NCBI GenBank assembly: GCA_035708865.1
Contig: DASTFF010000020.1
Location: 269-64,268, forward strand
Origin: Gemmatimonadota bacterium
GTDB taxonomy: Bacteria; Gemmatimonadota; Gemmatimonadetes; JACCXV01; JAHWKZ01
DNA: 64,000 nucleotides
Reading direction: 5' to 3'
Of the stretch, positions 6,799-16,085 are shown in pieces. A program made the translations under genes and the position numbers. Numbering within the stretch: the first letter of the stretch is position 1; every line of letters starts with the position of its first letter. Below the pieces are notes generated by a model. The model made no database searches and was not told the origin of the DNA. It saw nothing but the letters and a program-made list of their open reading frames with translations.

Positions 6799-9459
6799 AT
6801 GACGGGAAGGGGCATCTCAATATATGCTCTTCGCGTGGCCGAGCGCGATCCCCTCCGCCAGTACCGCGCCAAGCGTTCTCCGGCGGGGACTCCCGAGCCG
6901 GGCCTGGACGCCGGGCCGGTCGGCTCCAGCCATGCCGGCGCCGGCGGCGTGTTCGTGATCCACCAGCACGCCGCCACCCGTCTCCACTACGACCTGCGTC
7001 TGGAGCACGACGGGGTCCTGCTGTCGTGGGCCGTTCCCAAGGGGCCGGCCCTGGACCCGGCCGAGAAACGGCTCGCCGTTCACGTCGAAGACCACCCGCT
7101 CGAGTACGCCTCGTTCGAGGGGGTGATCCCGGAAGGCAACTACGGGGCCGGGGCCATGATCCTCTGGGACCGGGGGAGCTGGCGCCCGCTCGAAGATCCT
7201 GCCACGGGGATGCGGGAGGGCAAGCTCCTCTTCGAGCTGCGCGGTCACAAGCTGCGCGGGGTTTGGACGCTGGTCCGCCTGGCCAAGAGCGACAAGGACG
7301 AGTGGCTGCTGATCCGGGAGCGTCGATACGCCGACGGGGCGACCGGGACGCTCGAGGAGCTGCCGCCCCAGTCCGTCTTCTCCGGCCTCACCGTCGAGGA
7401 GCTGGGCGAAGGCGTGGATCCGGCGCCCCAGCTGGTGGCCGAGCTCGAGCGCCTGGGCGCCCCTTCTCGCGCGGTGCGGGTGGACCAGGTCCGCATGATG
7501 CTCGCCCAGTCGCGGCGGACGCCCTTCTCCCGACCCGGCTGGGTGTTCGAGCCCAAGCTCGACGGCTACCGCCTGCTGGCCTCGAAGTCTCCTGCCGGGG
7601 TCGTCATCCTGAGCAGGAACGGTAACGACGTGACGCATGGCTTCCCCGACCTGGCCGAGGCCGTCGCCGGCCTGCCCTTCCCCGACGTCATCCTGGACGG
7701 CGAGGTCGTCGTGCAGGACGAGCGGGGGCTGCCGAGCTTCCAGCATCTCCAGCGCCGGGCGCTCCTCAGGCGCCGGCTGGACGTCGAGCGGGCCGCGCAC
7801 CGCCTGCCCGCCACCTACTACGCGTTCGATCTGGTCGCCCTGCTGGGGCACGACACACGGCCGCTTTCGCTGGTCGATCGCAAGGCGCTCCTCCAGCGCC
7901 TGCTTCCCCCGGTCGGCCCGCTGCGCTACGTGGATCACTTCCCCGAGCAGGGGGAGCAGCTCTTCGACAGCGTGGTCACGATGGGGCTCGAGGGGGTGGT
8001 CGGCAAGAAGGCCGACAGCCGCTACCGTGGCGGTCGCAACGGCGACTGGATCAAGGTGCGGGCCGACAAAACCGACGACTTCGTCATCGTCGGCTACACC
8101 GATCCGGGCGGTACCCGTTCCCGGTTCGGCGCCCTCCACCTGGCTGGCTGGCGGGACGACGAGCTGGTCTACGCGGGCCGTGTCGGGACGGGCTTCAGCG
8201 ACCGCGACCTGGAGACCATCGGGGCGCGGCTCGAAGCCACCCAGCGCAAGGATCCGCCCTGCGTGGGCCCGGTCCCCAAGGGCCGCGAGCACCACTGGGT
8301 CGAGCCGCGGGAGGTGTGCGAGGTCCGCTACCTGGAGTGGACCGCGGACGGCCTGCTCAGGCAGCCGGTCTGGCTTCGGATGCGGCCCGACAAGGACCCG
8401 CGCGAGTGCGAGCTCCCCGAGGACGCGAGGCTCCGCGGAGACGCAGGCGACCCGGACGACGACCTGCCCGACGACGAGCAGCCCGACGACGAGCTCCTGG
8501 CCGACGACGAGCTCCTGGCCGAAGCCGAGCCCTTGCCCGTGGCCGAGGATGGCCCGGCCCCCGAGGTCCTCCTCACCAACGCCGACAAGGTTTTCTGGCC
8601 GGCCGAGGAGATCACCAAGGGCGACCTGTTCGCCTACTACCGGAGCGTGGCGCCGTGGCTCCTCCCCTATCTCCGGGACCGGCCGCTCGTCCTCACCCGC
8701 TACCCGGACGGGATCGAGGGCACCTCGTTCTACCAGAAGAACACGCCCGGCCACGTCCCGGACTGGGTCCGCACGGTCGGCGTCTGGAGCGAGAGCTCCG
8801 AGCGGGAGATCGAGTACGTGGTCTGCGACGACCTGCCGACCCTCCTGTACCTGGTCAACCTGGGGACGATCCCGCTTCACGTCTGGGCGAGCCGGGTGGC
8901 CGCGCTGGACCGTCCCGACTGGTGCATCCTGGACCTGGATCCCAAGGGTGCCCCGTTCGAGAACGTGATCGAGGTGGCACACGCCATCCATCGACTCTGC
9001 AAGGACATACAGCTTCCGGCCTGGGTCAAGACGAGCGGCTCGACCGGGCTCCACGTCCTGGTCCCGCTGGGCGGACGCGCGGACTACGAGATGTCGCGGA
9101 CTCTGGGCGAGCTCCTGGCCCGGCTGGTGGTCGGCGAGCTCCCCGAGATCGCGACCGTCGAGCGCGTCATCTCCGAGCGCGCGGGAAAGGTTTACGTGGA
9201 TTTCCTGCAGAACCGGCGCGGGCAGCTCCTGGTCGCGCCGTTCAGCGTGCGGCCGATCCCGGGCGCGCCCGTCTCGACGCCGCTGCGCTGGCGGGAGGTC
9301 CGGAAGGGGTTGGAGATCGGCAAGTACACGATCCGCTCGGTCCCTCGCCGGCTATCCAGGATGGGCGAGGACCCGATGTTTCCGCTCCTCGGAGCGCATC
9401 CCGATCTGGGCGCGGCGCTGGCCCGGCTCCACGGACGGCTCGTGGCCTCCAAGGCGTGA
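6799..9459 (+). CDS. ligD: ATP-dependent DNA ligase D: phosphoesterase, ligase and polymerase/primase domains
   Basis: PE domain (FVIHQHAATRLHYDLRLE), ligase domain (FEPKLDGYRLL adenylation lysine motif), acidic linker, then C-terminal LigD polymerase domain. An alternative GTG start at 6835 (VAERDPLRQYRAKR) is equally plausible. Confidence 0.9.
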   Translation: MTGRGISIYALRVAERDPLRQYRAKRSPAGTPEPGLDAGPVGSSHAGAGGVFVIHQHAATRLHYDLRLEHDGVLLSWAVPKGPALDPAEKRLAVHVEDHPLEYASFEGVIPEGNYGAGAMILWDRGSWRPLEDPATGMREGKLLFELRGHKLRGVWTLVRLAKSDKDEWLLIRERRYADGATGTLEELPPQSVFSGLTVEELGEGVDPAPQLVAELERLGAPSRAVRVDQVRMMLAQSRRTPFSRPGWVFEPKLDGYRLLASKSPAGVVILSRNGNDVTHGFPDLAEAVAGLPFPDVILDGEVVVQDERGLPSFQHLQRRALLRRRLDVERAAHRLPATYYAFDLVALLGHDTRPLSLVDRKALLQRLLPPVGPLRYVDHFPEQGEQLFDSVVTMGLEGVVGKKADSRYRGGRNGDWIKVRADKTDDFVIVGYTDPGGTRSRFGALHLAGWRDDELVYAGRVGTGFSDRDLETIGARLEATQRKDPPCVGPVPKGREHHWVEPREVCEVRYLEWTADGLLRQPVWLRMRPDKDPRECELPEDARLRGDAGDPDDDLPDDEQPDDELLADDELLAEAEPLPVAEDGPAPEVLLTNADKVFWPAEEITKGDLFAYYRSVAPWLLPYLRDRPLVLTRYPDGIEGTSFYQKNTPGHVPDWVRTVGVWSESSEREIEYVVCDDLPTLLYLVNLGTIPLHVWASRVAALDRPDWCILDLDPKGAPFENVIEVAHAIHRLCKDIQLPAWVKTSGSTGLHVLVPLGGRADYEMSRTLGELLARLVVGELPEIATVERVISERAGKVYVDFLQNRRGQLLVAPFSVRPIPGAPVSTPLRWREVRKGLEIGKYTIRSVPRRLSRMGEDPMFPLLGAHPDLGAALARLHGRLVASKA

Positions 9460-9547
9460 CCAAAGCGCGAACCGGGGCCCCCCTCACGGGGAACCCCGGT
9501 CGCAGTGCCGACCCACGGGGGCAGGTCGGCGAGAAAATGCAGTCGGA

Positions 9548-10291
9548 TCAGCCGGTCGTTTCTCCCGGCGGGTCCGGAACCGTGATCGCGATTCTCGCGA
9601 TCGCCACCGACACCGTCTGCACGACCTCCATCCGCAGGACCCCGCTGGCGGGGCCGAGATCGATGGTGGCGACGCCGTTCCTTCCGGTGACCGGCGGATT
9701 CACGACCGAGAGGAGCTGGTCGTCCTCGCCGTAGAACCGGAACTCCGACCGGCCCTGCTTGCCGTTGTCCACGTCCATGACCGTGATCGTCGACAGCGTC
9801 ACGCCCGCGGCACTCAGCGCGCCGAAGTCGAGAACGATCGTGCCGCCGGCGCTGCAGTCGTCCTGGAGATCGGGGTTGCCGTCCGGGTAGGCGGGATCCT
9901 CCTGGATCACCAGCAGGTTGCCCACCGGCCGGTCGTTCACGAACGGACCTTCCGCGCCCCCCGCCCCCACGCCGGGCCCGCCGAAGGCCTGGTTGGGAGA
10001 GCCGAGATCCAGGTCGTCGCCTTCATCACCGTGAGGGACGCTCGTGTCGAACGCGATCACCGCATCCGCGCACCGCTCGCCCCTGGCGGTCAGGCTCACC
10101 TCGATGCCGTGCGTGCTGGTCACCGTGTCCCCCCCGGCGAACTCCGAGAAGTCGATCGTCATGTCGGTCCCGGAAGGGCTCGGATTGTTCGGCCTGGGCT
10201 CGGATCCGAGCGGTCCCGATCGCTCGTTGGAGCACCCCGCCGCCGGCAGGATGATGGCCACTGGAAGGAGCAGGAAGAGCAGACGCCGCAT
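9548..10291 (-). CDS. Hypothetical lipoprotein
   Basis: MRRLLFLLLPVAIILPAAGC is a signal peptide with a lipobox. The remainder is a Gly/Asp-rich beta-type sequence. No family recognised. Confidence 0.6.
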   Translation of the reverse strand: MRRLLFLLLPVAIILPAAGCSNERSGPLGSEPRPNNPSPSGTDMTIDFSEFAGGDTVTSTHGIEVSLTARGERCADAVIAFDTSVPHGDEGDDLDLGSPNQAFGGPGVGAGGAEGPFVNDRPVGNLLVIQEDPAYPDGNPDLQDDCSAGGTIVLDFGALSAAGVTLSTITVMDVDNGKQGRSEFRFYGEDDQLLSVVNPPVTGRNGVATIDLGPASGVLRMEVVQTVSVAIARIAITVPDPPGETTG

Positions 10292-10612
10292 GATGTCAAA
10301 CCCCCGTGATGATCGGCCCGAAGTGTCGGTTGACGGTCCCCGTATCCAACATCCGTCAAGCACAGGCCGTCAACACAGAAGGCGTATGCTTGCCGCGAAA
10401 GGGATCACCGGCCGCCGTTCCCGGCCGGCCCGTTCCTCACGCGTGCAGTAGAGTTAACCCTATCCTGGAAGGAAAGTCAATGAATGAGAAGGACGTTTCC
10501 CATTTAGGGCATTTGATAGCCCTTGGAGTGGAAACAGGTTTCCACCAGAAGCGGGGTCGGGCGGCCGGGCTCTAGCCGGCGACCTCAACTGGAAGCCGGG
10601 CAGCGCGAGCGC

Positions 10613-11272
10613 TCAGGCTTCGTCGTGCCAGATCCACCACTCGTACGGCGGGGTCTGGGGGTAGCCCTCGGGCGAGTCCTCCCACTCCTCCTGTCGCCCG
10701 AGCGCGGTCATGTCGAGGTAGCTCCAGGTGCTCCCCATCGCTTCGTCGCCCCGGTTGTTGATGAAGTAGGTGCGGAACACGCGGTCGCCGTCACGGATGA
10801 AGGCGTTCGTGCCGTGCCACTCGTCCACGCCGAAGTCGGTATCGAAGTCGTCGGTGATGGTGTACCACGGCATCTCCCAGCCCATACGCGCCTTGACGCG
10901 CTCGATGTCCGGTTGCGGCGCCCGCGACGCGAAGACGAGAGTGGTGTCACGGGCGTTCAGATGGGCGAGGTGGGCGACCTGGTCGGCCAGCATGGAGCAG
11001 CCGATACAGGCATGCTCGGGCCAGCCCCTGACACCGGGCTCGAAGAAGGCGCGATAGAGGATCAGCTGACTACGCCCGTGAAACAGGTCGAGCAGGCTCG
11101 CCTTCCCCTCGGGCCCCTGGAACTCGTACTCCTTCTGGACGGCCAGCCATGGCATCCGCCGACGCTCGGCCGCCAGCCCGTCCCGGGCGCGGGTCAACTC
11201 CTTCTCCTTGACGAGCAGGCGTTGGCGTGCTTCCTCCCACTCCTGGGCCGACACAACGGGGGGTGTGTTCAT
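10613..11272 (-). CDS. DUF899 family thioredoxin-like protein
   Basis: WEEARQRLLVKEKELTRARDGLAAERRRMPW...CIGCSMLADQ...FIRDGDRVFRTYF matches the DUF899 layout as I recall it. Start set at MNTPP. Confidence 0.75.
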   Translation of the reverse strand: MNTPPVVSAQEWEEARQRLLVKEKELTRARDGLAAERRRMPWLAVQKEYEFQGPEGKASLLDLFHGRSQLILYRAFFEPGVRGWPEHACIGCSMLADQVAHLAHLNARDTTLVFASRAPQPDIERVKARMGWEMPWYTITDDFDTDFGVDEWHGTNAFIRDGDRVFRTYFINNRGDEAMGSTWSYLDMTALGRQEEWEDSPEGYPQTPPYEWWIWHDEA

Positions 11273-11380
11273 CACGATTTCCGCCTTTCGGTCCTGTCTG
11301 GATGCAAGATGCAAGATGCCCTTCTATCTCTATAGACAGCGGTCGAGTCGCGAACTGTGCGGTGGGTGACAGACGACGAA

Positions 11381-11457
11381 TGGTCGGGGCGGCCGGATTC
11401 GAACCGGCGACCCTCAGCTCCCAAAGCTGATGCGCTACCAGGCTGCGCTACGCCCCG
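11381..11457 (-). tRNA. tRNA-Pro (anticodon TGG), CCA encoded
   Basis: Reverse complement reads CGGGGCGTAGCGCAGCCTGGTAGCGCATCAGCTTTGGGAGCTGA...GGTTCGAATCCGGCCGCCCCGACCA. Confidence 0.9.
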
Positions 11458-11461
11458 ACGC

Positions 11462-11899
11462 TCAGTAGCTCCCCTGAATGTACTCGCGGAGGTGCCGGTT
11501 CTCGTACTCCTTCTCGTGGAGCTGGACCTTGACCACGTCGCCGATGGACACCATGCCGCGCAGGCCACGGCGGCCGACGATCGGCAGGTGACGGATCCGG
11601 TTCTGGGTCATGATCCCCATCACGTAGTCGACCGTGTCATCGCTCTCGCCGATGATCGGGTCGGGGGTCATCGCCTCAGCGACCCGGGTCGTGCCCAGCC
11701 GCTCGGCTCCGTTGGCGCAGCATCGCAGGATATCCCGCTCGGTGATGATGCCGACCATCCGGCCCTCCGCGTCGACCACGACGAGCGAGCCGATGTTGTG
11801 CTCGACCAGGCGCTGGATCGCCTCCTGGATCGTCCGCTCCGGCTCGATCGTGCGGACCTCGGGCGCCCCCTTGCCCTCGAGGATGTTGCGGACGTTCAT
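11462..11899 (-). CDS. CBS-domain pair protein
   Basis: Two CBS-like units (IGSLVVVDAEGRMVGIITERDILR and IRHLPIVGRRGLRGMVSIGDVVK). ATG at 11899 has a GGAGGTGGAGG upstream. Confidence 0.8.
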   Translation of the reverse strand: MNVRNILEGKGAPEVRTIEPERTIQEAIQRLVEHNIGSLVVVDAEGRMVGIITERDILRCCANGAERLGTTRVAEAMTPDPIIGESDDTVDYVMGIMTQNRIRHLPIVGRRGLRGMVSIGDVVKVQLHEKEYENRHLREYIQGSY

Positions 11900-11954
11900 G
11901 CCTCCACCTCCGGTAGAGTCCTGGGGGGGAGTATGAAACCGGCGCGGGCGCCGG

Positions 11955-12578
11955 TCAATCGTCCGGCCCGCCCCCGCCGAGCCATTCCGGGTGATTTTCG
12001 AGGAAATCGCGTGCCGCCCGGAAAGCACGCGCACGGTGGCTGATCTCGTTCTTCCGCCGAAGCGGCATCTCGGCCAGCGTGACGCCCTCGCCCGGGAGGT
12101 GAAAGACCGGATCGTAGCCGAAGCCGCCCTCGCCGCGGGGCGCCTCCAGGATGCGGCCCTCGAGCTCGCCGACGAAGACCCGCTCCCCGCCGTCCGGCCG
12201 GACGAGGGCCACCGCGGTTCGGAAGACGGCTATCCTCTCCCCCGCCGGGCGGCCGGCCAGGGCGTCCAGGAGCCGCCGCACGTTGTCGGCGTAGCTCGCG
12301 CCCGGCCCGGCGAAGCGGGCGGAGCGGACCCCGGGGGCGCCCCCCAGGGCAGCCACAAAGAGCCCGGTGTCGTCGGCGATCGCCGGCTCCCCGCTCGCCT
12401 CCCGGGCGGCGCGCGCCTTGAGGAGCGCGTTCCCCTCCAGGGAGCCGGCGGTCTCGTCGACCAACCACCCCGGCGCCACCTCGGTCACCCGGACGATCCG
12501 TACGGGCAGGCCGCGGAAGAGCTCCTCGATCTCACGGGTCTTGTCGGGATTGCTCGTCGCGAGGACGAGCCGCCTCAC
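11955..12578 (-). CDS. rdgB: dITP/XTP pyrophosphatase (RdgB/HAM1 family)
   Basis: [18 protein letters not shown]...[21 protein letters not shown]...GFGYDPVF...[10 protein letters not shown]. The GTG start overlaps the rph stop (GTGA). Confidence 0.85.
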   Translation of the reverse strand: MRRLVLATSNPDKTREIEELFRGLPVRIVRVTEVAPGWLVDETAGSLEGNALLKARAAREASGEPAIADDTGLFVAALGGAPGVRSARFAGPGASYADNVRRLLDALAGRPAGERIAVFRTAVALVRPDGGERVFVGELEGRILEAPRGEGGFGYDPVFHLPGEGVTLAEMPLRRKNEISHRARAFRAARDFLENHPEWLGGGGPDD

Positions 12579-13312
12579 AGGCCGAGCGCCGCCTTCTGCA
12601 GGGCCACCAGCTCGCGGATCCCGGCCGCCGCCAGGTCGACCAGCGTGTCCAGGAGCTCGCGACCGAACGGCTCGCCTTCGGCGGTCCCCTGGATCTCGAC
12701 GAAGCGGCCGCTCTCGGTCATGACCAGGTTCAGGTCGACCTCGGCCGTCGAGTCCTCGCCGTAAGAGAGGTCGAGGATCGGGAAGCGCCCGACGACACCG
12801 GCCGAGGTGGCGGCCACGAACTCCCGCACGGGGTGCCGCGCCGCGATCGATTCGTTCCGGTAGAGGGCGTCGTGCAAGGCGACCATGGCCCCGGTGATCG
12901 AGGCCGTCCGCGTGCCGCCGTCGGCCTGGAGGACGTCGCAGTCGAGCCAGACCGTCCGCTCTCCCAGGGCCCCGAGATCGACCACGCTCCGGAGGCTGCG
13001 ACCGATCAGCCGCTGGATCTCCTGGGTCCGGCCCCCCAGCCGGCCGCGGCTCGACTCCCGGATCGTCCGTGTGTGAGTCGCCCGCGGGAGCATCCGGTAC
13101 TCGGCGGTCAGCCAGCCGCCGCCCCGGCCCCGGAGCCAGGGCGGGACCCCGTCCTCGATCGACGCCGTGCAGAGGACACGTGTCCGGCCGACCGAGATCA
13201 GGCACGACCCTTCCGGGTAGTCGAGGACGTCGCGCTGGATCGTGGTCGGGCGCAGCTCGGCCGGTCCGCGGCCATCCTGGCGCCCCTCCTCGGCTTTCAG
13301 AATCTCCTGCAT
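12575..13312 (-). CDS. rph: Ribonuclease PH
   Basis: GRGPAELRP...[20 protein letters not shown]...[15 protein letters not shown]...[19 protein letters not shown] is the typical RNase PH core. Confidence 0.9.
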   Translation of the reverse strand: MQEILKAEEGRQDGRGPAELRPTTIQRDVLDYPEGSCLISVGRTRVLCTASIEDGVPPWLRGRGGGWLTAEYRMLPRATHTRTIRESSRGRLGGRTQEIQRLIGRSLRSVVDLGALGERTVWLDCDVLQADGGTRTASITGAMVALHDALYRNESIAARHPVREFVAATSAGVVGRFPILDLSYGEDSTAEVDLNLVMTESGRFVEIQGTAEGEPFGRELLDTLVDLAAAGIRELVALQKAALGL

Positions 13313-13392
13313 CCAAGGCAAGTTACTCGGCCCCCGCGTTCGGCCCACCCGCGGTCTTGTGGGGCCGGGAAAGCGCTCCTAGGTTGGCCGCC

Positions 13393-14172
13393 GTGACCAC
13401 GCTCAGCCTCACGCGTCCCGTCAAGCACGTGCTTCTGGAGATCCAGAACCTGACGATCCTGGTCGGGCGGACGTTCTCCGCTTTCGTCCGACCGCCCCTC
13501 TACTGGCGGGACACCTGGGTCCAGATGGACCTGATCGGGGTCCAGTCCCTCCTGATCGTGGGGCTGACCGGGATCTTCACGGGTATGGTGCTGGCCCTCC
13601 AGTCCGCGGTCCAGCTCGCCGACTTCGGCGCCACCCTGTTCGTCGGCCAGCTCGTGGCGGCCTCCGTGGTCCGGGAGCTCGGCCCGGTACTGACCGCCCT
13701 CATGGTCGCCGGGCGGGTGGGCTCGGGCATCGCCGCCGAGCTCGGCTCGATGCGAGTCGGCGAGCAGATCGACGCTCTCGAGGCGATGGGCACGGACCCA
13801 ATCAAGAAGCTGGTCAAGCCGCGGGTACAGGCCGGGATCGTGATGCTTCCGATCCTCACCATCTGTACCGATTTCATCGCCATCGTGGGTGGCCAGGTCA
13901 TCGCCTGGCTCACCCTGAACCAGGGGGCCTCGACCTACTGGAGCGCGGTCTGGAGCGGCATCTTCTTCAGCGACCTCTTCACCGGGCTCGCCAAGCCGCT
14001 CGTGTTCGGCTTCCTGATCACGAGCGTCGCCTGCTACCTCGGTCTCAGGACCAGCGGGGGTACCGAGGGCGTCGGCCGCTCGACGACCCAGGCCGTCGTC
14101 GTTTCCTCGGTCCTCATCCTCGCCTCCGATTTCTTCCTGACCAAGCTGTTCATCGAGCTGTTTGGGCATTGA
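13393..14172 (+). CDS. mlaE: MlaE-type ABC transporter permease
   Basis: VRELGPVLTALMVAGRVGSGIAAELGSMRVGEQIDALEAMG is the MlaE/Ttg2B signature. GTG start at 13393. Confidence 0.85.
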   Translation: MTTLSLTRPVKHVLLEIQNLTILVGRTFSAFVRPPLYWRDTWVQMDLIGVQSLLIVGLTGIFTGMVLALQSAVQLADFGATLFVGQLVAASVVRELGPVLTALMVAGRVGSGIAAELGSMRVGEQIDALEAMGTDPIKKLVKPRVQAGIVMLPILTICTDFIAIVGGQVIAWLTLNQGASTYWSAVWSGIFFSDLFTGLAKPLVFGFLITSVACYLGLRTSGGTEGVGRSTTQAVVVSSVLILASDFFLTKLFIELFGH

Positions 14173-14316
14173 CCCCGGCACCCGCGTAGATTCGAAGCCA
14201 TGTTCCGCAGCCGTCGAAACAGGGTCGCCAGGGGTCATCCGGACCTCGTTCCCGACCCGGGGTGGCACCCGCGCGGGGCCATGGGCCGGGACCGCCCTCC
14301 CGACCCCCAGAACCGG

Positions 14317-15054
14317 ATGATCGACCTCGAGGACGTGCATCTCGCCTTCGGCGAGCTCGTGGTCCTGGACGGCATATGGCTGGAGGTCGACCGCGGCGAA
14401 ACGCTGGTCGTCATGGGCGGCTCGGGCCAGGGCAAGAGCACGATCCTGAAGATCATCCTGGGGCTCCTCGAGCCCGACAGCGGACGGGTCTTCGTCCATG
14501 GCGTCGACGTGATGCGGGCCAATCAGGAGGTTCTGGACGAGGTCCGCCGGAACATCGGCATGGTGTTTCAGGGCGGCGCCCTGTTTGATTCCCTGACGGT
14601 GGGCGAGAACCTGGCCTTTCGGCTGCGCGACGAGGGCAACCACAAGGACGACGAGATCGAGCGCCTGGTCGCGGAGAAGCTCTCATTCGTCGACCTCGAG
14701 CCCGAGGTCTCGAACAAGATGCCGGCCGAGCTCTCGGGCGGAATGAAGAAGCGGGTCGCTCTGGGGCGCGCGATCATGGGCAGTCCCAAGATCCTCCTCT
14801 ACGACGAGCCCACGACCGGTCTAGATCCCATCACCGGGGAGACCATCAACGTCCTCATCAACAAGCTCCGCGACCAGGAGAACGTGGCCAGCATCGTGGT
14901 GACCCATGACATCGAGTCCGCGCTCACCGTGGGCAACCGGTTTGCCATGCTGAAGGACGGCGACATCATCTTCGAGGGCGACGCGGAAGAGATCCGGACG
15001 ACCGACGAGCCGTACGTCCGCGAGTTCATCGACGCCCGGATGGTCACCCCGTGA
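14317..15054 (+). CDS. mlaF: MlaF-type ABC transporter ATP-binding protein
   Basis: Walker A GGSGQGKST, signature LSGGMKKRV, Walker B ILLYDEPTTGLD. Start set at MIDLEDV. Confidence 0.85.
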   Translation: MIDLEDVHLAFGELVVLDGIWLEVDRGETLVVMGGSGQGKSTILKIILGLLEPDSGRVFVHGVDVMRANQEVLDEVRRNIGMVFQGGALFDSLTVGENLAFRLRDEGNHKDDEIERLVAEKLSFVDLEPEVSNKMPAELSGGMKKRVALGRAIMGSPKILLYDEPTTGLDPITGETINVLINKLRDQENVASIVVTHDIESALTVGNRFAMLKDGDIIFEGDAEEIRTTDEPYVREFIDARMVTP

Positions 15055-16067
15055 GGCAATCGGAGTTCATCACCTGGTCGGAGCTCAAGGTCGGGATCCT
15101 GGCGACGGTGGCGCTGGCGCTCTTCATCACCGCCCTCTTCACGCTCGGCGGACGCGTCGGGATTTTCTCCGCCAAGTACAAGCTGCACACGCTCATGCCG
15201 ACCGTATCGGGCCTGTCGGCCGGGGCGCCGGTCAGGCTGGCGGGCGTGGAAGTGGGCTCGGTTTCTGCGGTCCGGTTCATCGAGGGCCATTCCCGGGACA
15301 GCCTGGAGCAGCGGCTGCTGACCGCCTACGGCGATTCCCTCGGCGACCGCGCGGTCATCGTCGAGTTCGAGGTCGAGCGTGACGTCCAGGAGAAGGTGAC
15401 ACGGTCTTCCAGGGTCAAGATCGGGACGGTCGGGCTGCTCGGGGACAAGTACCTGGACCTGGACGTCGGCGACCCGCGGGAGCCGACCCTCCAGGAGGAC
15501 GACCTCGTGCTGAACGAGCGGCCGATCGACTACGAGGGGCTGATCGCCCGCGCGGCGGTCGGCGTCGAGGAGCTGGTCGCTTCACTGGAGGGGAGCCGCC
15601 AGATCATCGCCGCCGTCAACGAGGGCCAGGGAACGCTGGGCAAGCTCATCAACAGCCCCGACCTCTACAACGAGTGGCTGGCGCTCTCCCAGCGCGGGAC
15701 GACCCTGCTCGAGGAGGTCCGCAGCGGGGACGGGACGCTGGCCGCCCTCATCCAGGACGAGCGGCTCTACGAGCAGCTCGTGGCCACGACCAGCGACCTG
15801 GAGCAGCTCACGACCTCGATCCAGCAGGGAGACGGCACGCTGGGCCGCCTCATCCAGGACGAGGATCTATACAACGAGCTCGTCACCACGATCCGCGAAG
15901 GACAGACCCTCATCCAGGAGCTCAAGGAAGGCGAAGGGACGATGGCCAAGCTGGTCAACGATCCCACGCTCTACGAGCGACTGGACCGCTTCATCGTCGA
16001 GGCGCAGACGCTGATGGAAGACCTGCAGGAGAACCCGCGCAAATACATCAACCTGGAGATCTTCTAG
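15051..16067 (+). CDS. mlaD: MlaD/MCE-domain substrate-binding protein with four C-terminal 34-aa repeats
   Basis: N-terminal TM helix, then MCE fold (VSGLSAGAPVRLAGVEVGSV), then the repeat G-x-GTLGxLI-x-D-x-x-LY-x-x-L four times. The GTG start overlaps the mlaF stop (GTGA). Confidence 0.8.
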   Translation: MRQSEFITWSELKVGILATVALALFITALFTLGGRVGIFSAKYKLHTLMPTVSGLSAGAPVRLAGVEVGSVSAVRFIEGHSRDSLEQRLLTAYGDSLGDRAVIVEFEVERDVQEKVTRSSRVKIGTVGLLGDKYLDLDVGDPREPTLQEDDLVLNERPIDYEGLIARAAVGVEELVASLEGSRQIIAAVNEGQGTLGKLINSPDLYNEWLALSQRGTTLLEEVRSGDGTLAALIQDERLYEQLVATTSDLEQLTTSIQQGDGTLGRLIQDEDLYNELVTTIREGQTLIQELKEGEGTMAKLVNDPTLYERLDRFIVEAQTLMEDLQENPRKYINLEIF

Positions 16068-16085
16068 GGGATCCCGGCCAGCCGA

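Noticed and set aside
10480-10575. A 31-aa ORF (MNEKDVSHLGHLIALGVETGFHQKRGRAAGL) and an 8-bp palindrome (GTGGAAAC/GTTTCCAC, about 10527-10544) in the lower-GC patch between the DUF899 gene and the lipoprotein gene. A TTGACT-N17-TTAACT promoter-like element lies on the minus strand at 10452-10480.
   Set aside because: The ORF has no third-position GC bias and no family resemblance. The hairpin lacks a U-run. The promoter-like element would give a leader of about 155 nt, and I cannot support it further without expression data.
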